DNA of 50,703 nt, filler included, from Catajapyx aquilonaris (GCA_000934665.2; 3 parts of 3 records of this genome joined end to end with filler, not necessarily neighbours in it), one strand, 5' to 3'; numbered from the whole stretch's first letter, positions 24,601 to 36,133 are shown. Numbers and translations are program-made. Notes: generated by a model not told the origin, from the sequence alone.

Positions 24601-27600
24601 GTCCCGTTATATCCATCAAAAAATACATTGTATGCCCTATGCACATGCCCGTTCCTGGAAAAAATTCTGTAATGGATAGGTTTCTGCTATATCCAGGGTC
24701 CGTTATGGGCAGGTTTCACTGTATTATAATCATCATTATTCTTCTTCATTATCATCATATGTCATCAACAACAACCTTAATAATAATACTGTATCACCTT
24801 CATCACCAGATTTTGATTGCATGAGGAAATGGGTGAACCCCAAGAAAACCCAAGACAGCATGAGCAAAACCCATCAAAACTCCTCCCTTGGAACAAATCC
24901 TCTGTCTGACCAGGAGATCAAAACCAGAACCTAATCAGTGGCAGATTATGGCTTCAACCACTGCACCATTATGTCACCTTAATTTGTTATAATTTTACTA
25001 TACAGTACATTACAGGCAGCCCTGGCACTATAACTCTCTGCTGTGTGACTCTCCACACACCAATGTACAGGGTAGCGCCGATAAATTAGGACAAATAAAC
25101 AAGTAGATAGAAACGCCGTTAAAAAGAGGAATAGATGATTACAATGAAATTAATTATGTCAAACATAAGTACGAGGAGTGATCAAAAAGTAAGGTCTCCA
25201 AGGCTGTAGCATTTATTCTGTATGAACACAAATGACGAAACTTACAGGGTACATGAGGACAATGGACATCTACTTTTCTACATAGTTTCCACACCGAACA
25301 ACGCACTTGTCCCATCGCCCGACCAGTTTCTCAATCCCTTCCCAATAGAAAGGGGTGCCCTGTTGACAGCACCAGTCACGCAGTCTTCTTCACCTCATCG
25401 TCGCTTCGGAAATGCTGACCTGCCATGTCTGCTTTCAGGGCTCTGAATAAGTGATAGTCTGTGAGGGCTAGGTCGGGACTATAGGGTGGGTGAGGAAGAA
25501 CTTCCCAGTCGTATCCATTCAGCAAAGCCATGGTGTCCCTCGATGTGTGCGGACGGGCGTTGTCGTGGAGAAGGATGACCCCAGCAGTGAGCAATCCTGG
25601 TCGTTTCCACCTGATGGCCTTCTGCAACTTCGCCAGGGTCACTGCGCTCCGAATTGATAGTCGCAACTTTCAGGATTGCTCACTGCTGGGGTCATCCTTC
25701 TCCACGACAACACCCGTCCGGACACATCGAGGGGCACCATGGCTTTGCTGAATGGATACGACTGGGAAGTTCTTCCTCACACACCCTATAGTCCCGACCT
25801 AGCCCTCACAGACTATCACTTATTCAGAGCCCTGAAAGCAGACATGGCATGTCAGCATCTCCGAAGCGACGATGAGGTGAAGAAGGCTGCGTGACTGGTG
25901 CTGTCAACAGGGCACCCCTTTCTATTGGGAAGGGATTGAGAAACTGGTCGGGCGATGGGACAAGTGCGCTCTTCGGTGTGGAAACTATGTAGAAAAGTAG
26001 ATGTCCATTGTCCTCATGTACCCTGTAAGTTTCGTCATTTGTGTTCATACAGAATAAAGGTTACAGCCTGGAGACCTACTTTTTGATCACTCCTCGTACT
26101 ATATCTAGAGTTTACATTTTTCAATGTGTCCACCATTGGTGGCCACAATAGCCTCCAAGAGAGATCTGAAGAGTTCACAGGGGTTGGCAAGGATATCCTT
26201 TTGCATGTGCCCCATTACCTCGGAAATGGCGATCTTGACTCTCTACTAGGTAGTAGGTATTGTTATGCACATTGTCAACCTCTCTCTCAACCATGCCACA
26301 CATGTACATGTAGTAGTCAAGGGGTTGCAGTTTGGGAAGCTGCAGGGACATAAGTCCGACCCCTAGTGGTACAGTCCCGCTCATAATGAATGTACAACTC
26401 TATGGACGATGTGTTTATTCTGACTATCCAGTATTATTCCGAACCTGATTTCGGTGCGACACTATGGACAACTTGTCCTAGATCTTTGGCAACCCATATG
26501 ATCCCCTCCCGACTTTTTCCAAAAATTTTTATTACCAAAATGTTCAACCTGGTACAATGCTTACATAGATTTGAGATGAATTTGCCCCCTTAAATTTTCT
26601 TACTTTGCCTTGTTTTTTTCTTTTCCTTTTTACTTGATTTTAATTGCCTTTTCCCAGCCTTCCTCATGACCCCTAAAAACATGCTGGTGACCCAGGGGTT
26701 GGGAACAGAATAAACATTTTGTCTATAGAGTCGTACCATTCTTTATGAGCCGTACTGTACCTTAGGTCTCCTCTGCGTGGCATCCGTCAGGAGATGGCCA
26801 TCAGTCCTCAAGAATAGGCCTTCATCATAAGTCCTCTTTCGCCATCTTGGCAATGATCTTGTGGTGCACACCTGGTGCACACCATTCTCTTTTGCAAAGA
26901 CGCATATCGTCGGTGATCATGCAAAACCTCGTATCTCCTGCAAAAACCAATGGAACATACGAGGTTTTGCACGATCACCGATGATATGGACTTGCTAGGG
27001 TCCTCTCCTTCTTCGAGTCTTCTCGACAACTGCGGTGACAAACTCCTTGCCTCTATTGGTGATACAGCAATGGGTCTTCATTTTGCGTAAGGAAATAACT
27101 CCTCCTGGTTCTCGGCAGTATCAGAGTTATTTTTTATCCAGTAATGTAAATCAGGCTATTTTGAGAGCTTGAGGAACTCCACTATCTCCTTGGGGGTCCT
27201 TCCGACGTGGACAGCCACGATAGTAGTGTCTCTCTTGTCCTATTGGCTGGTCATGGTGCAGTTCACAATGTTGACCATGGCAGTTTTGTAAACCCGAGAG
27301 AGACAGCTTGTTGCTATACCAATTACAGTAATCTACATATTGTTGTCTTTGTACTGTTAGACTTTATAATTGATATTAAGGAGGTTGGCCCAGCATTGCC
27401 TTTCAACCTCCAAGGATAGGGAAGGAAGGAAGCGGCTGTGGCCTATAATACGGAAGCGACCCCGGAATTATCCTAGAAAGACCGTGGAAAACCACAGAAA
27501 ACCACGGTCAGGGTTGCCGGCACCGGGATTCGAACCTAGGACCTCCCGATTAGAGGCCGGACGCCCTATCCACTATGCCAACCTGCTTCAGTCTTGTACT

Positions 27601-30600
27601 GTTAGACTGCAAAATATGTCCTAATTTACAGGCGCCACCCTGTATATTTTGATTATTAAAAATGCAGTGCCACGAAACCTGTCAACACAAGACATGCCCC
27701 GTTCCACACATATTTTCTGTAGGCCTCCTCAGTTCCTGCTGTATCCAGGTCTTGTTCAACTGTATTTGTTATTAGACTTCTGAACTAGCTGGATGCAAGT
27801 TCTGGAAATTTTTACATCCCAATGACCTTCAAATGCCTTGATACGTTTCTTTGACTCTTTCAAAGCACTCATAATTGTTTTATATTCACTGCCTGAATTG
27901 AACAAAAATCATACCATGTGTTGACCCATGAGCAATGTTTGCCAAATGTAAGTATCTGATATTCCCCAAACTGGTTAGATAAATAGGCCACACTCAGTAA
28001 TAACTGTAAAAGTAATTTAAAAAAAACAATCAATTTCATATTTAAGGTTGAAAGAGTTGTGAGGGTGGGAGAGGCTGAATTTCAAAACTTTTACCTTCAC
28101 AAAATAATTAAAACACATTTCATCACAATTTCTTGACACACATCTATAGTACTAGGGCTAGGGCATGCTGATAATTTTTGCCTCCATGCCCATAGAATGT
28201 GTAATACATGTCACAGGACAATGTGAGTGGCATCAAATGAAAGCCTCAAATGTCCTCTTCGAAACCCTATTTATTTACTTTTCTACATAACAACCACCAA
28301 CAGCAGTACACTTGTGCCAACAATGTTCTAGTTCTTCCTTCCCCTTGGTGTACAACTCTGGGCTGTGGGAGCAGCATCAAGTGTCAATAGCAGCCTCAAC
28401 TTCTGCTTTGGAACTGTACCAATTGTCCTTCAGGTGTGTACATTTTTGGGCATAGAAAAAAGTCGCAGGGCACAAGAACTGGGCTGCATATGCTGGATGA
28501 GGAAGTACAGCGAAATTGAGTCTGTGGAGGACATGCGCAGTATGATTGCTTGTGTGTGGTTTACCATTATCATGGTGAAGAATGATATCCGTTCCTGGGT
28601 GCATCCTGTTCACTCGTACCCAAAACCTCCAGCGCATCCACATGCAACTCAGAATTCACAGTTTGCGACTGGTCAGGAACTCGACATGCATGACACCTTC
28701 TACAGAGACTCAAATTCTATGCACTTCCTCATCTGTGCCCTGCGACTTTTCACAGAAATGGAGCCACACCTGATGAAGGGCAATCGATACAGTTCCAATG
28801 CAGAATTTAAGGCAGCCCTGAGTTCTATGCCAACAGGAGGGAAAAAGAAGTACATCATTGGCGCAGGTGTACTGCTGTGGGTGGTGGTCATGTAGAAATG
28901 TAAATACAGGGTGTCTCAACTTTTTTGTCCGAACAGTTATCGGAAAATCCTATGTATCTTCTAGCTATGTAGCCAGAATATGCCCCAACATTCCTGGCAC
29001 ATCCCTCAACTGATAAATCCAGGGAAGCATCACTGGTTGCAAGTCCCTGCTAAAAAATAAGCAGCTTAGTGCAATATTTCCGATCATTGTTCGGACAAAA
29101 AAGTTGAGACACCCTGCACAGGCGCGTGAGGGGGTGGGGAAAAATCGTAGGTGGCAACTACCCGGGTCGGTTTTATAAAACAATGAGAAATACGGCAGTA
29201 ATCAATTTATTTATTACGGTCGTACGGCGTGACGTCACATCCTACTTTCTGTTCGAATTGACTGGCGCGGACTGGCAAATGCAAGGCAAATGCATTGGGT
29301 TAAACTTGGTTGACGGATTTTTAGCCTTGTGGGTTGCACTGAAAAAGGCGCTCTCATGCTACACCAGCAGGGTACTGAACACACTACAGTACAGTAGTAC
29401 ACTACTTTGTACAGTACCCTACCAGTATAGCAGGAGAGCACCTTTTTCAGTGCAACCCGCAAGGCTTGGTCAAGGACCCCGTCATTTCAGCTTGTTGAGG
29501 GCCTGTCAAACGTGAGTCGCTTTCCACTGATGTTCAGCCATCTTTGAAGTGGTTGTACCACTTCTGAATATGTGTGAAGGACATGATTAACGATGTTGTA
29601 CGTCGCGCTGTGACTGATGCATGCCAGCTCAGCATTACTGTCGATGGACAAGCGCCGATCCCTTTAAACCAACCCCTCTACACACACTATGCTTGCATCG
29701 GTGGAGGCGGTAACAGGTCGGCCTGGCCGTGCCATGTCCGACGTGCCTTGTCGGCCACTGCGGAAATGGCGGACCCAGTCCTTCACTGTCATGTACGCCA
29801 TGCAAGTGTCTCCATACACAGCCCTCATGCGCGTATGAATCGCCTTCGGTCCCGCTCACTCCGGCCACAGGAACTGAATCACTGCCCGTTCGTCCTCCTT
29901 GGACGCGCCTGATATCGTGAACGACATGTTCCGACTGTGTACCACAACTACTACGCAGCACTCTGCGTTCATCCCTGAGCAGGTTGGCGACTGCGGATGT
30001 ACCACACAGCCAAGCACACCAGCACCTGTCTCCACCATCACCTACGGCCTCCTACAGCTGGGGCGGGTACTTATTGACTAGACCTAGTACTAATACTCAT
30101 TTGGATCATGGGCTAATTGTAAATTTCTGCAAAGATCTCGCATGGTTATTATGGTGCCTGCACTCATTAAACTACAGTAATTCCTTTGCATTAAGTACCT
30201 GCAAGAGTTAATTGTTTGGATTATTGTGGGAGTCATTTTATTAGCTCTCCTTATCTATAGTGATAAGTCATGGGTACTCACTTTAAATTAAGGGAGAATG
30301 AACCTCACTTTAGCATATGGATAATAACATCAGTAGATAATATATACTGCATTTTTTTTTTTTCTGTTTGAGGGCAGATACCACTCATTCCATTATCTAA
30401 ATGTCACCCAGTCCTGATAACCCAATGTGATAACTGAGGGCATTCAGAATCCTGGAAAAACATAGTTGTCCTGCCTTTGCTTATGATAAGGTCTGAAGTA
30501 CTTCCTGCCCGAGAGGCATGGCAGAACAGCTCAGAGTCTTTCCAAGCTTCTAAATAGCCCTAAGACATCATGTTGGGTTGTCCAGAGGGGATGGCATTAA

Positions 30601-31359
30601 GATAGGGATCTGGCTTGAAACTAAAAATGCAGAATAACAGTCATACTTCTATATTAGGTCTTCCTGCATTACTTACTTGGTACACAAGGGAATCGTGGTT
30701 TAGGAATGAGGATAAAGCAAAGACTCCAGCCAGCTGAGGACAGAATCGGTACCCGACGTGCATCGCCATGGCACCCCCCATCGAGAAACCACCTGCAAAT
30801 TTCAAACCATCAGTTTGCACCAACAACTGCATTTAGAAGATGAATAAGTATTATAACTTCAAATTTAAGGATATAATCCCAGCTATTACCAATGACAATT
30901 TTGTTAATGGGTATCCCACATTTCTCCTCACTCTCAATAAGAGTTCGAAGAGACCTGGCAGCATCATTCACGGTCACATCATCATCTGGAACCATGGGGG
31001 AGATTTCCCTCCTGTCAAACCACACATTGCTGAAACGCCCGTTATTGGGGGTGTACCGCCTACTTGGGGCGGTAGGGTAAAGAACCCGGAGGTGCGGAAA
31101 ATTCATTTCCTTGCCCAAAAGCATCTCAATCCATCTCTCAACTCCATTCCCGGTGTCTCCTATAACATACACCTATGTATCAGAACTTGAATATTCCATT
31201 AATTTGGAGTACCTGCTGGTACTGACAAACATCAATGTGCATCAATGCTGGAAGGCTATACATACCGGAACCATGGAGAAAAATCACACTCCCGGTCGCG
31301 GGTCCAGCCGATCTCTGCTCCACGACGAGGCATTTCGGGGCACGAGCACGAATCATCAT
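21631..31359 (-). CDS. LYPLAL1: Lysophospholipase-like 1 (acyl-protein thioesterase family alpha/beta hydrolase), 4 exons
   Basis: Exons 31359-31266 (..VIFLHGSG), 31159-30890 ([28 protein letters not shown]), 30792-30677 (GGFSMGG nucleophile elbow, FALSSFLN) and 21855-21631 ([13 protein letters not shown]). The Ser-Asp-His triad is intact. Intron 3 is about 8.8 kb and filled with transposons. Confidence 0.92.
22065..22329 (+). mobile_element. tRNA-derived SINE, family A (young copy)
   Basis: Nearly identical to 6410-6670. 14-bp TSD tagttatttttagt at 22049 and 22330. Confidence 0.92.
22480..22645 (-). mobile_element. Old, degenerate family-A-like SINE
   Basis: gagaaccctgagaaaac..cgaaactctgtccacat..ggacctcaaaggtg aligns to the family A core and head. 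Confidence 0.55.
22839..23678. mobile_element. MITE with about 220-bp TIRs and 3-bp TTA TSD
   Basis: TTA|CAAGGGAAAGCCGCAACCTCAGGTCAA ... TTGACCCGAGGTCGCGGCCTTCCCTTG|TTA. Confidence 0.8.
23745..23992 (+). mobile_element. Old, degenerate family-A-like SINE
   Basis: Decayed tRNA head, core and ..ccaaagaagccagaggcctat.. tail are colinear with 22065-22329. Confidence 0.6.
24000..24721. mobile_element. pogo/Tigger-type MITE
   Basis: TA|CAGTGAAACCTG ... CAGGTTTCACTG|TA, with repeated tccgctatgg.cagg subterminal motifs. Confidence 0.85.
24808..24978 (-). mobile_element. Old, degenerate family-A-like SINE
   Basis: gattttgat..gaggaaatggg..aacccc.agaaaaccca..aacccatcaaaactc aligns to family A. Confidence 0.55.
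25172..26096. mobile_element. Foldback mariner made of two inverted 3' halves of a DD34D element
   Basis: TA|CGAGGAGTGATCAAAAAGTA ... TACTTTTTGATCACTCCTCG|TA. Arms 25172-25599 and 25671-26096 each encode [28 protein letters not shown]. Confidence 0.92.
27364..27593 (-). mobile_element. tRNA-derived SINE, family B (different 3' tail)
   Basis: Head and body match 9786-9973. 15-bp TSD ttgtactgttagact at 27349 and 27594. Confidence 0.85.
28907..29116. mobile_element. Tc1/mariner MITE
   Basis: CAGGGTGTCTCAACTTTTTTGTCCGAACA / TGTTCGGACAAAAAAGTTGAGACACCCTG. Confidence 0.85.
29323..29466. mobile_element. Small palindromic MITE
   Basis: AGCCTTGTGGGTTGCACTGAAAAAGG..CTCTC pairs with GAGAG..CCTTTTTCAGTGCAACCCGCAAGGCT. 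Confidence 0.7.
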
Positions 31360-31650
31360 CTTTAACGAGCACGAACGTGACTACCAGCAACGGCACAGAC
31401 AACCTGTTGAGATGTGGGGGTAATCCTTGGCGGATTGGAATATGGAAATAATGGGAATGATGGGATGATTGGGAAGGGAAGGGGAAAGGAAGCAGGGAAA
31501 GGTAGTTCCGGTGATGACACCGAGATGGCGTAGCTGCTGTTCACCCCTAGCGGAAGGCCCGGGAAGGCCTGAAAATCACTCCGCTCAAATTCAAACTGGT
31601 CATTTTGAGTTGGCACAAGTAGGACTAAGCCGTGATGATTGTGTGTCATG

Positions 31651-31741
31651 GGTGGAATTTTAGTCCCACTGCTAGTTTCTGCTAACTTAGCATGGTACTG
31701 CTAAGATAGCAGTACCTAGTAGTGGGACGAAAATTCCAACC
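31651..31741. mobile_element. Small palindromic MITE upstream of LYPLAL1; partial relative at about 40584-40648
   Basis: GGTGGAATTTTAGTCCCACTGCTAG / CTAGTAGTGGGACGAAAATTCCAACC. Confidence 0.65.
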
Positions 31742-33632
31742 ATGTGTATTTATCAATCAATCAATCAATTTTTATTTTACCTCCCTGCATCAGGCTCAGG
31801 GAGGGACACCCTCCTTTACATTACCATTTTTTTTCCAAATGTTGCAAATACATACATTCTGGGCTGGATCACTTTTACTTTTACTTGGGGGGTGGTCATG
31901 TGTATTTATACAGTAGGTTATAACTCTATAATACTAGTATTATAGTATATACCGGTAGTATGCGTTGTTCCTCGGGAATCCGAGTTACGTAGGCCTACAA
32001 ATCCGACTTATGGACATTTGCAGGAACGTAACCCTGTTTGTTGACCGGGCACTACCTGAATTATATTACTTCACCTACAACATGTAGTGATTTTATGAAT
32101 TTTATTTTTACTGACTACTATCCTTCGGCGATTGAATATGTATTCCAAGCTACGATGGATGTCGTTATAAGCATCACGGTCAACTTTATGGCTCATTTAT
32201 AATCAGGTTTAAAAATCACGTTATGGGAAAACGCGTGCAATGTCCTCACTTATCCAGCTTGATTTTATCCGGCTATAGTAACATCAGCTTGACGTGACTT
32301 TTGAATTTTCTTATGGATGTCTCTCGATCGTGTGCCAGATCAGGCGTATGGCGAATCAGGGGATCAAGGTCGCATAATCATATGGTCAAGTGTTACGGTG
32401 AAACACATGGTCCAGCCAAGTACATAGCCCAGCAAGTGGCCTAAGTGAAACTCGTCAATTTCGGGCTCACTTCTAAGCTCGACTTTCCACATTATTTTGC
32501 TCCCTTGCTTCGCGTCAATTCAATATCGAATGGCGTGAGTTTAAAATACTGTAACTGATAAATAACCTATTTTAGTCCAGTATTGCATAGGTATCGCATA
32601 TACGTAACTTAATATTATGAGGTGTTTATACTTGTGCGTATATACTGTATACCCTTTGTATATACTCGCTGTATATTATTATACCCATTTGCTAGGTATA
32701 TTGTTACATATAGTCATCTAATAGCCAAAGTGGCGCCAAGAAGTTATATGCATGATGAGCATCTCGTTGTCTGAAACGACGCTTCACGAGAAAGACGCAG
32801 GGCATTGCATATAAACAGTATAGCCTGTACGTGCAGGGGAGCTTGAAATACTGCCTCTGAATCTACTCTGGACCGCTCTCAGGACTTCTCGCATCGTTGG
32901 ACACGACGGCAATCAAACAAGCCCGTATAGTTAAACACCACATAGCTTCAAGCCATAACTCGACTTTTGCAAAAAATCTTCCTATAGGGCATTTCGGACG
33001 CAGTGTTCTGATGAGTGTCATTAAGTTACTTTTTGTCCTGCTTAGACTAGGTTCTTATTACGCAAATGTAACGCTTAATGCTATTTTATTTTACTATTTT
33101 TCCTTATAGAGAAACTGTATCTTCCATCTGAATGACACTATATTATTGTCTCTGCAAGTTTTCCAGAAAGTATTAGGATTTAAAAAGAAAGCGGACAGCA
33201 GTGTGAAGGATAGAATTTATTACAAAATGAAACTTTGAACACATACATCGGCCTAAATATCACAGAGAAATTGATAAAATAAATTTTTGGAAAACAATGA
33301 GTGATGGCTTTAGGCAAGAGCTAATCAGTTATTAGCTCTTGATGCTTTAGGTATATCCGAAGTGTTTAATAATATTATTATACTTACATACTGGTATATC
33401 TTATAAGCTTATCAACGAAGTGTCCACAGAGAGAGTAATAGGAATCCTCAGAGCCTTCCATAGCAGATTCAAAGCAGATGTATTAAAGTTTCTTTCATGC
33501 AGCCAGACATCTGAGACCAGCCCACGGACACTACCCCCTATCTTCTGGGCTTATCACCTGCCGAGGGATTACGCACCGGGTGGCCACTTGAGATCGCTAC
33601 GAGACATTTCCCAAGGCTATCATGTGGCGACC

Positions 33633-33735
33633 CTACCGGACTAAGGCTGAACTTTATAGGTACAAAAGGGGGGCCGCCGGCGGCCATTTGGGCCCCCCCT
33701 TTTTGTACCTATAAAGTTCAGCCTTAGTCCGGTAG
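33633..33735. repeat. Near-perfect palindrome ending at the gap
   Basis: CTACCGGACTAAGGCTGAACTTTATAGGTACAAAAGGGGGGCC pairs with its reverse complement around a short GC-rich loop. Confidence 0.9.
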
Positions 33736-33835
33736 NNNNNNNNNNNNNNNNNNNNNNNNNNNNNNNNNNNNNNNNNNNNTTAATTAATTAANNNNNNNNN
33801 NNNNNNNNNNNNNNNNNNNNNNNNNNNNNNNNNNN
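33736..33835. other. Artificial contig linker / assembly gap
   Basis: 44 N + TTAATTAATTAA + 44 N. Confidence 0.97.
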
Positions 33836-33875
33836 TACACTTTACTTCCGAAATTAAAAATATTTACATTCATAC

Positions 33876-35652
33876 CTGCTCCATCTTCTTGATGGCCACT
33901 TCCGTATTCTTCCAAGACCCACGAAAGACAGTACCAAATCCTCCTTTTCCCAGCATGCGGCTCTTGTCCCATCCATTTGTCACCTGCACCAACTCTTGGA
34001 AAGGGATATGCGGCACGCTCACGGCTGATGAGCAGCGATCACCACCTCCTACTACGCAGGTGGATGCCTCTGACATTCCAACCGCTCCGCCACCAGAGCT
34101 CTTTCGTCTTGCACCAGTAACCTGAGGCAACCTTCCCTGCAAATTGGGATGGGGCAAATCCTGGGTCGCAGGATGACTGCGTTGAAGAGTGTTCCAGTCA
34201 GGGGGGCTCAAACTGCAAAAATTGGATTGGTTTTTACTCGTGCAAATGTCAATGTAATGCCCAGCTCACCATACACACACTTGTATCTGTTGATTCATAC
34301 CTAGCAACATTCACAATCTTCTCCTCAGGAGACGCTGCACCATTCACTGCTGCTGCCACATGTAGATCCTTGGTTGGAAGAGACACTCGGAGCTCACCAT
34401 AATTGAGGTTGAGAGGATCCACGTCCATCTTACCTCCAGATCCCTTTCAAAAGAGAAGCCGCATTTCCCATTATGTTAACTGCGTTTGATCAGGTTCAAT
34501 CCTTCCCTTGTAACTTTCGTGCAATTCATTTTTTACCATTAAAAAAACAACTTGCAAGTGCATTTTCATAAAATTTTAAGGCACATTTGCAAGTTGAATA
34601 TGCTCTGCTTGAAACATCTGCAAAGTCACAATCAAGACTCACTTCCAGCTGTCCACACGACTGGTTGTCAATGCCGGATCTAAGTAGTCGCGATATGTTC
34701 CTCTCGCCTTCATAGATCAGCTGGTGATGCTCCTTATCCACTGAAAAAGAATCAGAACATCAGTAAATTGAAATACCATCTTAAAATTCGTGACTGGTTG
34801 TTTTCTAGTACATCTCTCTCTCTCTCTCTCTCCTTAGCCCATAACAATCGAGACAGAGCACCTGATTAAGTAATTACCAAATGGCTTGAGCTCCTTCATG
34901 GCTAGAAAATGCTGCATCTTGTAGAGAAGCACAAACAGTTCCGCCACCGTGTGGTTCTGTGTCCCCCACAGCTGCAGCAAATAGTCAGCGGGATTCCTGT
35001 CTCGCGCCATATCTTCAATACAGTTCGCATCATACTTCATCCATTTTCCAGCTGAAATGTACGGTAGAAAAAAAGTAATCGTCATTTTTGAAAAAACCTG
35101 CCGTAATTTTGTTATTAGTGTTACGGTCCTTTTTTTTATAACATTTTACTATCATGTTATTACGGTACTTGTCAGTTTTAATTGGGGTTTTAAAATATTA
35201 ACCATGTGACTTTGACAGAAAATTATATTGTCGTCTTTCTCTGAATGTGTGACATATGTGAAGCCACTGAAAAAAAACAGTTGTGCTGATGCGGGGAATC
35301 CCCTTTTGAGTGGGGAAATACCATTCCGAATCCAATTATGCGCACTGGATAATTCTACATTTTGTACCCATATTGGTTCAACATTATTCAATCCTAAATA
35401 AATAAATAAATTTTGTTTCCATTACTCTCTCACTACAATACAATCAAATGAAAACAACAAAACCAAATGAGCATGTTTCAATGACAACTGGCCCCAAGCC
35501 TCCTCCTTCACAAAAAACTGACCCAGATCCTTCCAGGCGTCGTGCTGGTTCAGCATGGAGCATATCTTCTTCCTCGGCTCGTAAGGAAGCTCGTGAACGA
35601 ACACAATCTCGCGAGAATCGCGATAAGTCGACGGCACCAAAGAAGACGCCAT
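33876..35652 (-). CDS. pll: Pelle (IRAK-family Toll-pathway kinase): death domain and start of the kinase domain, truncated at the contig break
   Basis: Exons 35652-35523, 35051-34878, 34740-34643, 34443-34301 and 34212-33876 join in frame. Death domain: VHELPYEPRKKIC..LLQLWGTQNHTVAELFVLL..HQLIYEGE. Kinase N-lobe: VPHIPFQELVQVTNGWDKSRMLGKGGFGTVFRGSWKNTEVAIKKMEQ. Confidence 0.85.
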
Positions 35653-35948
35653 CTTTTTTGCAAAAAAAAAAAAAAAAGTCGACTGTTGGCCACACTGTCG
35701 CGGTTGGCTCCCATGAACCCGTTGGCTCCCCTTGTTTCCATGTTTGCCAACAAAGCAAATTTTACAAATTAAATAATTAAAAATTTGGTTCTAATTTTAC
35801 GAAAAGTGTACTGTACAGTACGGATTAATTTTACTGTTCGTAAATTTCTGTAGCATGTACGTTATGAAAAAGATTACAATAAGCAACGATTGGCTGGCAA
35901 CAGCTGAGTTGCTTTCGACCTCCCGAAAATATTCCAACAGGGCGGCCG

Positions 35949-35966
35949 TTCTTTTTTCTCGTGGAG
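35949..35966 (+). promoter_or_regulatory. TCT/5'TOP initiator and tiny non-coding first exon of RpL29
   Basis: TTCTTTTTTCTCGTGGAG|GTGAGT is a pyrimidine-tract start followed by a strong donor. A matching acceptor (tctccacAG, 36112) lies 21 nt before the RpL29 ATG. This layout is typical of ribosomal protein genes. Confidence 0.7.
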
Positions 35967-36133
35967 GTGAGTTGGTCTTAAAAAATCGGGTCAAATTGCC
36001 CTTCATTCCTCATCATCGGGTGTCGAAACACGTCTCATCCGATCCGTCACGTTCAGACGAATCGAACGGTATACGGAGGTCTCTTTAACTCAAGGTGTTA
36101 TTATCTCCACAGGACCTTCAGAACTGTTGAGAC

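Larger units (their letters stand above)
25068..27642 (-). mobile_element. Degraded Tc1/mariner-superfamily transposon (maT/DD37D-like) hosting nested insertions
   Basis: TA|CAGGGTAGCGCCGATAAATTAGGACA ... TGTCCTAATTTACAGGCGCCACCCTG|TA. Relic peptides KEDL..MKAY..GHLLT and LQPLDYY..GMVEREV lie on the minus strand. Confidence 0.7.
28152..30087 (-). mobile_element. Degraded mariner with nested MITEs
   Basis: N-terminal HTH relic [41 protein letters not shown] (29900-29715). Catalytic relic [17 protein letters not shown] (28600-28480). TA|CTAGG ends, with 5' TIR CTAGGTCTAGTCAATAAGTAC. Confidence 0.8.

Noticed and set aside
31980..32060. Tigger-like 3' end fragment (ccgacttatggac..gggcactacctg)
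   Set aside because: Only one decayed end, with no partner TIR identified.
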